Of a stretch of DNA of 35,761 nucleotides, positions 10,593-19,400 are shown one piece after another (the first letter of the stretch is position 1; the number at the start of each line of letters is the position of its first letter). The notes below the pieces were generated by a model. That model saw only the letters and a program-made list of their open reading frames with translations, did not search any database and was not told the origin of the DNA. The stretch is from Candidatus Hydrogenedentota bacterium. GTDB taxonomy: Bacteria; Hydrogenedentota; Hydrogenedentia; Hydrogenedentales; SLHB01. The stretch covers positions 1-35,761 of the forward strand of contig JAWXCN010000142.1 of assembly GCA_034408725.1 (NCBI GenBank), written 5' to 3'. A program made the position numbers and the translations under genes.

Positions 10593-11843
10593 CTAAATTT
10601 GTGAGAATGACCGGCTGAAGTTTTCCCACACGGTAGAAAAATAGCTTTGGATCAATCCAAACGACATCGTATCGCTCTTGAGCCTGTGCCGCGGTTCGAG
10701 TTTAAGTGCGCGGTATTTTCGCTGAAGTTTTGCGGCCAGCTTCGGCATGTCATAAGCCTGGGCAGTTTCCCGCGCGCCCGCTGACCATTTCGCGGCTTCT
10801 TCGCCGTTGATCGCGTGGAGAATTGCATCGGCGAATTCTTCCTCGGTCGCGTCGGCGCGCAGCAATCGTCCATTGACATTGTCCACGACGACATCGCGGA
10901 CGGCATCGGCATCGCGCGCGACGACGGGCGTTGCGCCGGCCATTGCCTCGACAAGGACCATGCCCTGCGTTTCCGTAGTCGATGCGAAAAGGAAGACGTT
11001 TGCCGCGGTATATAGGTTGATCAAATCCTCGCCCGTGACGGTGCCAACAAACCGGACCTGGCTGTTTTTGTCCGCGCTTGCCTGGTCCTTCAATTCATTT
11101 TCGTGTTTGCCGCTGCCCGCCAAGACGAACACCGCATCGGGCCGCTGTTCCAGCGCTTTGAGCGCGGCGCCCACGAGAAACTTCAGATTTTTTTCGTGGG
11201 CAAGCCGGCCGACATATAAGAGAATGGGTTGCTCCGGCCCAATACCCAGGCTTTCGCGCGCGGCCTCTGGTTTCGCGGCCGCGTATGCAGTCTGTTCTAT
11301 GCCGGACGGCAGTATGTCGATTCGAGAAGTGACTCCGCGCTGGCGCAACTGTTTTTTGACGTCCCGTGTCGGCGCGATGACAAGATCGCACATATTGCAA
11401 AAATCGTTGGCGTGCTTGAGAATCGTGCGCACGGCGGTGTCTTCGCCAATCGGAACGTAGTGCGTGTACTTCTCGTATTGCGTGTGATATGTGAATATCA
11501 GGGGCACCTTGTCGCGCCGCGCCATGTTGAGTCCCGTTTCTCCGAGTAGGAACGGGTGATGGACATGGACGATATCGAACCCTTCGTACTGGAAATCCGT
11601 CACTGGTTTTGTCGAGACCAATGGCAGACTGAACTCGGTATTGTTGAAATTGCTGAGTGAAAGAATCCGCCGTACGTCTTCGTTGTCTTCGAGCGAGCCA
11701 TTGTATTGCGGTGCGTAGATGACGAGACGGTTTCCCAGCGCTTTCAAATGTTCGTAGTACAGGTGTACGGAACGCGACACCCCACTGACGAACGGGAGGT
11801 AGGTATTCGTGAAAAATGCTACGTGGTAATCCGTGTGTGGCAT
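10593..11843 (-). CDS. GT4 family glycosyltransferase (diacylglycerol glucosyltransferase-like)
   Basis: FTNTYLPFVSGV, HVHHPF, TYHT, YVGRLAHEKN and ETQGMVLVEAM. GGAGG precedes ATG 11843. Confidence 0.9.
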   Translation of the reverse strand: MPHTDYHVAFFTNTYLPFVSGVSRSVHLYYEHLKALGNRLVIYAPQYNGSLEDNEDVRRILSLSNFNNTEFSLPLVSTKPVTDFQYEGFDIVHVHHPFLLGETGLNMARRDKVPLIFTYHTQYEKYTHYVPIGEDTAVRTILKHANDFCNMCDLVIAPTRDVKKQLRQRGVTSRIDILPSGIEQTAYAAAKPEAARESLGIGPEQPILLYVGRLAHEKNLKFLVGAALKALEQRPDAVFVLAGSGKHENELKDQASADKNSQVRFVGTVTGEDLINLYTAANVFLFASTTETQGMVLVEAMAGATPVVARDADAVRDVVVDNVNGRLLRADATEEEFADAILHAINGEEAAKWSAGARETAQAYDMPKLAAKLQRKYRALKLEPRHRLKSDTMSFGLIQSYFSTVWENFSRSFSQI

Positions 11844-11970
11844 ATAGGTAAAGTCCTCCGTATAGAAAACGAAGGAATGGACTTCCGGTATTCCGCAGCC
11901 CGAAATCTTCACAGGCGGTTAAAGCCGATTCAGTGTTGATTGGTTGCCCGGAATCTGATGCTGCGTGTAG

Positions 11971-12054
11971 GAAAATTGTAAGCAGGATTGTAAGCCGAAT
12001 TCTGTGAAGTCTTGCGACCCCGACGGCCATTCCTCTGCGACGCGCGTCACCGCG
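11971..12054 (-). repeat. Duplicated, diverged 3' fragment of rnpB (att-like remnant)
   Basis: Matches 14516-14601 at about 79 of 87 aligned columns by hand alignment, in the same orientation. Confidence 0.93.
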
Positions 12055-12183
12055 TAGGCAATGTCGTGGGTAAGAGTTTTCAAAACCGTACTGGCGAATA
12101 TGCGATGAAGCGAATGAGCGAAGCAGAATTGGCTCAACGGTCACTACAAAATACTTTGACCAATTCGGATAGTGCACCACTCA

Positions 12184-12212
12184 TTGACTTGGGGAAATAC
12201 TCACTCTATCAT
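12184..12212 (+). promoter_or_regulatory. Sigma70-type promoter of the three-gene operon
   Basis: TTGACT-17 bp-TATCAT, followed by SD GGAGGGAG and ATG 12234. Confidence 0.7.
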
Positions 12213-12233
12213 GCCCCAGGGGAGGGAGAATCT

Positions 12234-12944
12234 ATGTCCATTTGGGACTTCGTAAACTTTGGCACAATTTGTATTTTTCTCGTTGCGATTGTCCATGCGA
12301 TTCTCGCCATTATTGTCTCCACGCAGCGTCGTTCACTCTTACGAAAGCTCGAAGGGGATATGCGTCGAGTGGTGGGTAACGAGAGCGAACTCACAACCTC
12401 TGAAATCAACGAGTTAGATGCAGATGAGCGAATAGCGAGCTTCTGCCAAGATGCAATGATTTTATTCAAGGAACGACCCGAACTCGCACGAAGCAAAAAC
12501 TTTACGGATTTTCAGCGGCAAAAACCCCACGAAAAAATTGCGCGTGTGGAAAAGCTGTACAACGTAATGCGCACTGTCATCGAGGCTTATCCACTTCTCG
12601 GAATCATCTTTACGCTTTTCGGACTTGCTTCGAGTCTTTACGTGGAACCCAAAAGTGACCCACCAAGCAATGGCGGGGTAGTAGTAGCGCACGCTGGAGC
12701 ATCTGCGAAAACAGTAGACGTTGACTCGGTTACGGCAAAATCAAGTCGTATCATCGACAATTTTGGAAAATCGATTACCGCGACTTTGCTAGCTCTCATA
12801 TTCGCTGTTATCGCAATGGTGCTAAACGCATTCTTCTTCGAATTGCAATTTGACCGACTCAGTGGCCACGGGGAAAGAGTTGCGAACTGGCTCAACTTCG
12901 CGATCACCACCTCGCGACCTCTAGCGAAAGACGCCAATACATGA
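12234..12944 (+). CDS. MotA/TolQ/ExbB proton-channel family protein
   Basis: One N-terminal TM, a cytoplasmic domain, then YPLLGIIFTLFG and GKSITATLLALIFAV TM pair. Real start inferred at ATG 12234 rather than 12012. Confidence 0.8.
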   Translation: MSIWDFVNFGTICIFLVAIVHAILAIIVSTQRRSLLRKLEGDMRRVVGNESELTTSEINELDADERIASFCQDAMILFKERPELARSKNFTDFQRQKPHEKIARVEKLYNVMRTVIEAYPLLGIIFTLFGLASSLYVEPKSDPPSNGGVVVAHAGASAKTVDVDSVTAKSSRIIDNFGKSITATLLALIFAVIAMVLNAFFFELQFDRLSGHGERVANWLNFAITTSRPLAKDANT

Positions 12945-13780
12945 AACGGCGGCCACGAATTGTCCTTCAGCTCGCTGCGCTACTCGATTTAGCTCTCAAT
13001 ATCATATTCGTGCAGGCAATACAGGTGCAGACATCGATTCATGATCATGTCGTGACGGCAGATGGAATAGCGAGTGAAGCAGAGAGTAAGGCCGATGAAG
13101 CGGAACGTGAGAAGCAGGGTGCGCAAAAACTCAGAGACCAGTTCAGCATTGGGATTGAAACCAAAAATGCACGTATTTCCGAATTAGAGGGCGAGCTAAA
13201 AAAGCTGGCATCACAAGTAGATCAGTACAGCGCGACGCTCAAAGATCGTGATGAAAGCCTTGCAACTACAAGGGAGCGGACCGCCCGTCTCGATGATGTT
13301 CTAGCGAGCGTACTAAGACTTGATACCGATGGGGTCACGCGCGTGCTTGAGCAGTTGCCTTCCGGAACTGCTAAACAACTCGATGAAAAGCTTGCCTCCG
13401 TACACGCGCAGCCAGACGCGGGCACACTCGTGAGAATGCTGGGGGAATACATGGACATTCAGAGTGTAGTTGACGTATGGCGACTATATATCGCGCAAGA
13501 CGGTACATTCAGCTTGGAGATACGGGATGAACGCAAGTTCGAGTCCGAATTTGCAACCGTGGATGATGACTTAAAGGCGCTTCTGATAAAGCATTCCCAA
13601 GAGAGCAGGCCGCGTAGGGGGCCCGTAGTGATTTTCTGTTCGTTTCACAGTAATTCGCCCTGGAAAAGCCGCCGCCTGCTCAATTCGTCGAAACAAGCCG
13701 ATGTAGTGGGTGCGCTGAATGACTTACATTCCGGTTCCGAGTTTATCTTCGCAAATCAGGGCATAAATGACAATTTTTGA
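12941..13780 (+). CDS. Single-pass protein with ExbD/MotB-like Asp-bearing TM, long coiled coil and C-terminal globular domain
   Basis: MKRRPR basic N-terminus, LAALLD(16)LALNIIF TM, heptad-rich region at about aa 40-125, ATGA overlap with the upstream gene. Confidence 0.65.
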   Translation: MKRRPRIVLQLAALLDLALNIIFVQAIQVQTSIHDHVVTADGIASEAESKADEAEREKQGAQKLRDQFSIGIETKNARISELEGELKKLASQVDQYSATLKDRDESLATTRERTARLDDVLASVLRLDTDGVTRVLEQLPSGTAKQLDEKLASVHAQPDAGTLVRMLGEYMDIQSVVDVWRLYIAQDGTFSLEIRDERKFESEFATVDDDLKALLIKHSQESRPRRGPVVIFCSFHSNSPWKSRRLLNSSKQADVVGALNDLHSGSEFIFANQGINDNF

Positions 13781-13789
13781 GAGGACGCA

Positions 13790-14188
13790 ATGGGTAAATT
13801 AGTTGGTTTTATCCTCTTCGCGATTGTAGTTGCAGCCGTAGTTGCAGCCATTGTAGTTGCGGCCATAGTTCTGGGGAAGCATTTCGGCTTCGGATCGGGC
13901 TCGTCTTCTAACGCGAGCGAGTCGGCAGAGGGTGGCACGGCAACAAGCACAAATTCCCAAGGGGAAAGGCCACTCAAAGTAAGAATCGAAGGCGGGTCAT
14001 ATCTGAGTACAGATGGCGACAAGCTCTCGCTCGACCAAGTAGCTGAACGTGCAAAGCTGGTACCAGCCGGTACCGGTCCGGCCGTACTTGTTGAGCGTGG
14101 CGATACTTCAACCGCGATAGCGGAACAGGAATTGGAAGCAATATTGCGGTCAACGGGTATTTCGATGTTCTACGGGACGAGTGAATAG
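13790..14188 (+). CDS. Membrane-anchored protein with a G/S linker and small ExbD-periplasmic-like domain
   Basis: SD GAGGA; hydrophobic N-terminus; LKVRIEG..LSLDQV..VLVERGD..ELEAILRSTGI resembles the ExbD/TolR periplasmic pattern (tentative). Confidence 0.55.
   Translation: MGKLVGFILFAIVVAAVVAAIVVAAIVLGKHFGFGSGSSSNASESAEGGTATSTNSQGERPLKVRIEGGSYLSTDGDKLSLDQVAERAKLVPAGTGPAVLVERGDTSTAIAEQELEAILRSTGISMFYGTSE
13826..13864 (+). repeat. Three copies of GTAGTTGC(A/G)GCC within the TM-coding region
   Basis: Read directly at 13826, 13838 and 13853; encodes VVAA-VVAA-I-VVAA. Confidence 0.8.
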
Positions 14189-14192
14189 CAAG

Positions 14193-14474
14193 CTATTCCG
14201 CTTGTCCAAAAAGCGGGGCGCTAAAACGGTAGAGCTCGGCGAACCGCTGCGCGTTGTGCAAACGCTACCAAGCATCGCGAATGTGTTCGGGCTCAAATGA
14301 ATGACGTCTTTGCGGGCTCCACTCGTGTACGCCATTCACCGCGCACTCCGGCTCGATCGCGGCCTGCCCGTCTCTGTACTTGGCGACCCCATGAGCCATG
14401 GCAAGCATTTCCATGCAATAGGATGTTTCGAATCCTTCGATCAACCGCGTGACACCGTCAAATCGCTCGCGCGT
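14193..14474 (-). pseudogene. darG: Decayed C-terminal fragment of a DarG-like antitoxin
   Basis: Hand translation: TRERFDGVTRLIEGFETSYCMEMLAMAHGVAKY..AVNGVHEWSPQRRHSFEPEHIRDAW*RLHN. This resembles the DarG C-terminal pattern RFxxVxxLIEGFE(S/T)PYGxELLATVHWV..WSxRK..F..HI..AWxRL as I recall it. It has an internal TAG and no macrodomain. Confidence 0.72.
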
Positions 14475-14520
14475 CTACAGGCGACTGCCGGGCCACATAT
14501 TACGCGCACGAAACAGAAAA

Positions 14521-14890
14521 TGTAAGCAGGCCTGTAAGCCGAATTCTGTCTGAAGTCTTGCGACCCGAGACGGCCATTCCTCTGGGACGCGCGTCACCGC
14601 GCGCCTCAAGCTTCCTACCCGGGAGCGGAGCGGGCCACTCCATAGCTCCCCTATTTGGAATTGCTCCGGGTGGGGTTTGACAAGCCAGCCTGTTGCCAGA
14701 CTGCTGGTGCGCTCTTACCGCACCATTTCAACCTTACCGGCCACGCGCGAGGCGTGACGTAGGCGGTGTGTTTTCTGTTCCACTTTCCGTCGGGTTTCCC
14801 CGCCTTGGCGTTACCAAGCACCATGCCCTGTGGAGTTCGGACTTTCCTCGATGCCCTTGCGGACACCGCGGCCGTCCGGCCTGCTTACTT
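14521..14890 (-). ncRNA. rnpB: RNase P RNA (bacterial type A)
   Basis: Minus strand shows GAGGAAAGTCCGAACTC, AGTGGAACAGAAA, GGTGCGGTAAGAGCGCACC and ACAGAATTCGGCTTAC. P1 pairing GTAAGCAGGC/GCCTGCTTAC closes the ends. Confidence 0.97.
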
Positions 14891-14894
14891 GAAG

Positions 14895-14903
14895 ATTGTA
14901 CCA
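14895..14903 (-). promoter_or_regulatory. Extended -10 promoter of rnpB
   Basis: TGgTACAAT lies a few nt upstream of the P1 5' strand. Confidence 0.6.
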
Positions 14904-15012
14904 TTTATGTTTGGGCTACACGATCATCTGTGCCTCTCACATGTTGCTATTATACAAGCATAACCGTATTGCGATTAGTTTCCGGTCGAGATGAATTCTT
15001 AAAGAGGATAGC

Positions 15013-16458
15013 ATGACTGAACCGAGCACTCTGTCCGCCCGCAATCTCAAAAATGATCTTGTCCTGCCGACGCTCCTGTTTGCCGCGTTGGGCGCGATGT
15101 CGTGGGCGGTGCGGGGGAGTTCGGGATATGGCGGGTCGGACGGGTGCATCTTTGCCGGCGTGTTGTGGGGCACGGCGTGGTGGTTTATTGCTCGGGAACC
15201 GCGGGCCGTGCAGTCGCGGCGATATACCTCGGGCTGGATCATTCTGGCGATGATGGTGGGGTTCGGCATCTCAGGTAACCGGGGATGGGCGCAATGGTCT
15301 TCGATGTTCGAGGGGCGGCTGCAAACGAACACGGCCGCGGGCGAGTATGTTTCGATTTTGCCGGTGTACGGGTTTGTGTGGTTGTTTATCGCGGGCGTGC
15401 CGTGGGCGGGCATTGGCGCGTGCATGCTGGCGTGGTGCGGTGACGCGTGGAAGCCACGCGGCTCGCGCGAGTGGGTGATATGGTGCGGGAAATGGGTGTT
15501 GCGCATCGGGTCCGGATACGCCGGCGTCAGGCTGGCGCAATACCTGTTCGTCGAATATCCGAACGTTTTTCTGCCGTTGTATACCTTGCATGAAGGCCGG
15601 TACAACGACCTAGAGGCAAACTCGAATCTAGGCCGGATGATCAACGACAACCGTGCGGCAATCACGCACCTCGGCCTTTACCTTGGGTTCCTCGCGTTTG
15701 AATTCGCGCGGCGCGATTGGAAAAACGTTTTACTGATTGCGGCCGTCGGGTTGATCAATGGCGTTGGTTGGTCGGTGCAGCAAAACTGGATGTGGGCCAA
15801 CGAGCTTTGGCCGAACGTTGCGTTCAACTGGTGGCGTAGCTGGGAATCCTGCGGCGGCATCAGCATTGGCGTTGCGTTGGGAGTAGCGTACTTCCTTGTG
15901 AACCGGCCCGTAACGGACGCCGAGCGGGCGAAATTGGGCGAACAACTTACCAACCGGTGGCCGAACCTCGAGCGGTTCGGCGCGTACTTCGGGCTGCTGA
16001 TCGGCGTGGGGTTTTCGATCCGCAACGGTTTGAAAGGTTGGGCCAACCTCTACCTGGGCAACGAAGACTATTGGTCTGGCGTACTTTGGAAAATTATCGG
16101 ACCATTGATGATTCTTGGTTTTATTCTGATGGTGCTGAGGATTTTGATGCGCTGCGTGCGGGTCGAATCAACGGACGATATGGACATGGTGGACGCTGTG
16201 GATATGCGAGATACGGAAGCTGCTGCTGTTCAATCCAAAACCCACGATCAAAAATCAAAAATGAATTTGGTTTTTCCCCATGCCTACGTGATTACCTGGC
16301 TCGTGCTTATCATCATGAATATTTTGGCGCAATTGGCTACCAAGTCATTCGGGCACTGGCCTGAAACGGTTTTCGCATTCTATTACGCGGCGTTGTTCGT
16401 GTTCACCGGGATGATCATTCGTCATTATCATAAGATGAAAAATGCGAGCAGAGAGTGA
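15013..16458 (+). CDS. Polytopic membrane protein of unknown function
   Basis: 481 aa, Trp/Gly-rich, about a dozen hydrophobic segments, SD GAGGA. Confidence 0.8.
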   Translation: MTEPSTLSARNLKNDLVLPTLLFAALGAMSWAVRGSSGYGGSDGCIFAGVLWGTAWWFIAREPRAVQSRRYTSGWIILAMMVGFGISGNRGWAQWSSMFEGRLQTNTAAGEYVSILPVYGFVWLFIAGVPWAGIGACMLAWCGDAWKPRGSREWVIWCGKWVLRIGSGYAGVRLAQYLFVEYPNVFLPLYTLHEGRYNDLEANSNLGRMINDNRAAITHLGLYLGFLAFEFARRDWKNVLLIAAVGLINGVGWSVQQNWMWANELWPNVAFNWWRSWESCGGISIGVALGVAYFLVNRPVTDAERAKLGEQLTNRWPNLERFGAYFGLLIGVGFSIRNGLKGWANLYLGNEDYWSGVLWKIIGPLMILGFILMVLRILMRCVRVESTDDMDMVDAVDMRDTEAAAVQSKTHDQKSKMNLVFPHAYVITWLVLIIMNILAQLATKSFGHWPETVFAFYYAALFVFTGMIIRHYHKMKNASRE

Positions 16459-16459
16459 A

Positions 16460-16488
16460 GCGCGCGGGGACGCGCGCCCTCCCGCGCA
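16460..16488. terminator. GC-rich palindrome between convergent genes (terminator or REP-like)
   Basis: GCGCGCGGGGACGCGCGCCCTCCCGCGC fills the 32-bp gap between two stop codons. Confidence 0.45.
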
Positions 16489-16490
16489 TT

Positions 16491-19400
16491 TCATTCTTCA
16501 GGCTTATACCTTCCTTGTGCGGACGCGATTTCGCCCGGGGTCACGGTAACTTCTTTATCCTTGGGTTTTTTCCAGCCGGTCAGCGGTTTGAATTGAACAG
16601 TGTGCTGTCCAGCCGGAATGCCGGATAGGGTGTCGCCGCTTTTCTGCCATGCGCCGCCATCAAGGCGCCAGCGGGCTTTATCCTGTCGCGCTGCCTTTGG
16701 TTTGATAGTGACCTTCACCGAACCAGTCAACTCGGCATTACAATCCGAAAAGCCACTCAAGTCCGTTAATGCGAGATCCGAAGGAGCTCCCAATCCACGG
16801 GAGAGTCCAGCGATTCCATCCAGAGCTTCGATATTCAAAAAAGTTATGCGAACCCGGCCATCGAAGAACATTTCGATTTGAAACGAGTTGGAAGTGTTGA
16901 GCCCATCTTCGCGCACTTCGTCCCATGTGGCCACCGCGCGGTCCGCCAACTGCATATAACGGATCGGTTTCTGGTTGGTCGGGTCAAGATCGTCGAAGTG
17001 GCCGGAAATGCGCGGAATCGCGTCGTGGTCATACAGCGACTCTATCGCCGATCCGTCAGGAATTCCAAAGGTAATGTTGCCGTTTGCATTGATGAAAAAG
17101 CCGGTGTAGGTCACGCCGTAATAAGTGAACTCCTTGCCATCGGCCAAACTGACCTCGTAAGAGGCATCGCCTTTCAGTCCCACGGTGGACGACAGATTGG
17201 TATGCGCGCTGGCGTCGGTTGGAAACTCCGTGGCCGGCGTCTGGCACGCGCCGTAGTAGCTGATGGAACCGTCTGGCGTGAACAAAAAGGACCGGTTCGC
17301 GAGATCGTTGTCGCTGTCAAAAAACCATTCTGAAAGGTAATCGCGTTTCGCTGTTGTGTCGAAGTCGAAGCACGAGCCCGCATCGTCTGCGAGCGTAGCG
17401 TTCCCCGCGGAATCCGTCGCCTCGATTTTGAATCGATACGTTGTAGAGGCCGTTAACCCGGTTAGGTGGGCGTGATGCTCGACGACGTGTAAACCGCCAC
17501 CGCGAAATTGGGTCAGCTCACCACAGGCCGTACCAAAGCGCGCCACCGTATCTGTTGGACCCGTCGTGGTATATGAAATCACCGCTGAGCTGCTGGTGAT
17601 ATTCGTTATCTGGACATTACTGACGGCAGGCGGTGTGCAATCCACCAGTGCCGATTCTTCATCGACCGCCGGTTGTCCGTCCGCGTTGCTGGCGTCGTTG
17701 TAAGTAACCGTGATTGAGCCGTCATTCACGACTTCCAGAATGCCATTTGCCCCCGGCGCGCCGGTGCTCGTTGCTATGGCCCCCGAAAACAGGCCGGTGG
17801 CTGCCCCCGTTTCATCCAACGACACCGTTTCGGCATCGCCTGTTGAACTGGTGACGCCGACGGTGGCAGTCCCGTTGCCTGCGAGGTCTTGATCGCGCAG
17901 GTTGAAAGTGACTGTCGTGTCGCAGCTAATGTCCGCGGGAAAAATGCGAACATTCCCGGTGGAATCAGGCAAGCCGGCGTTCCATGCGAACAACGCGAAA
18001 TCCTGATCGAGCGCTCCGCCGATATTTGGCACGCCGTCCGCGGCGATGTTAAATGCTTTCACGCTTACGGTGATTGGTCCGCCCGAGGGATTCTCCAGGA
18101 AGACAGCTTCCAGTGTATCTATGCGGTCCAGGTTGCCGCCCGTTTCGGAAAAGCCGGTGGTGAAGACATTGCCTTTGTACAGCGTCCCGTTTTCCGTCAC
18201 GCGTAGATCAAGGTCGTTGACCAGTTGTATGCCCGAGCCGGGGACGCCGGGAACATCGGTCCATGCCAAGGTAATCTTGATAGGCAGGCCGGCGACAATC
18301 GGGGACAGCGTAATGTTAAATTCGTCGCCGGTGCTCGTTAGCAATTCCGATTGGTCCAGCGAATAGAGCGCGGTTTTCATGCTGGCGAGCGTTTCGAGAT
18401 TGACGGCGCCCCAGCCTTGGTGCACGTTTGGAATGTTCGCCAACACGCCACCGTTTCCATCGCTGCCGCCGACAAGGTCAGTGGCCGTGTTGGTGAGGAC
18501 GGCGCGAATCATCGCGGGGCTCGGAGTGTTGGTGTGGCCCATGGCCGATAATTGATCGCGAAACATTTCGTGGATGATGATGCCCGCGCCGCAGGCTACT
18601 GGGCAGGCATGACTCGTGCCTGTGGAACGGCAGTAGTCGGTTTGGGTGGTCGGCCAATACTTGCTCGAAACACCTCGACCGGTGTATCCCTCGACGGTGG
18701 GGGCAGCGCCTTGCACGTGCGTACCGGTGGCGACTACGGTAACGCCGAGACGCCCGTCGGTTGTCGGGCCACGACTGGACGTAATGTAGACGTCGCGAAT
18801 GTTGTTTGACCCCGACGGTCCGGAATTGCCGCCATCAAAACCATCGGCGTCGCTGTTCTCGTGAGAGCCGACGGAGACGACGTTTTTGGCGTTTGCAGGT
18901 GACCATGTGGTGCTTAAGTCGGGTCCGTTGTTGCCCGCGCAAAAGAAGTGGCTGGTCTGTTGGTTGCCGGGTTCATCGGGGTCGGAATCGCGCACCAACG
19001 CGTCGAATTCCGCGGCATTGGCGTTGTATGCGCCGTTGATCGCGGAGCCCCACGAGTTATTGGAGAAGGTAGCGCCGGCATTCTGCGCCAGTTGCGTCAT
19101 CCCGGTGTAGGTGTTAATGCCGATTTCAGTTGAACCGCTGTCATCTGGAAATATCTTGGAAGCATACACCGAAGCCATGGGCGCCACGCCTTGTCCCAGC
19201 AGGTATCCGGCGGAATCCGTCGTACCGGCTGTCGCGTTGCCCATAATGATGGCAGCGTCGAGGTGGCCGTGCCCCCCGCGGCTGGCGCCGTCGGCATCAT
19301 TTGTAGCATTGAAGATTCCCACGATGCGGCCGAGTATGTCAGTGTGCGCGGTGCCTGGCAGATTCGTGGCGATACCCTTATCGATTCCATCGTCGAACAG

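Larger units (their letters stand above)
11971..14601. mobile_element. Small integrase-less island at the 3' end of rnpB
   Basis: Bounded by direct repeats of the rnpB 3' end, with more AT-rich cargo and a decayed gene fragment. No mobility gene is present. Confidence 0.7.

Noticed and set aside
11971-12054. Second functional RNase P RNA gene
   Set aside because: Only the 3' ~85 nt are present; the 5' P1/P4 strands are missing.
11095-12180. 361-aa minus-strand ORF overlapping the GT4 gene and the rnpB fragment
   Set aside because: Alternate frame of GT4, Arg-rich and motif-free, running through non-coding repeat DNA.
12012-12233. N-terminal extension of the MotA/ExbB-like ORF
   Set aside because: Overlaps the rnpB fragment and the promoter; the strong SD points to ATG 12234.
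12234-14188. Calling the motor operon Zorya, flagellar motAB or tolQR
   Set aside because: No OmpA-like domain, long ZorA tail, effector genes, TolA/TonB or flagellar context is visible.
14651-15016. Short ORFs overlapping rnpB
   Set aside because: Explained by the structured RNA gene.
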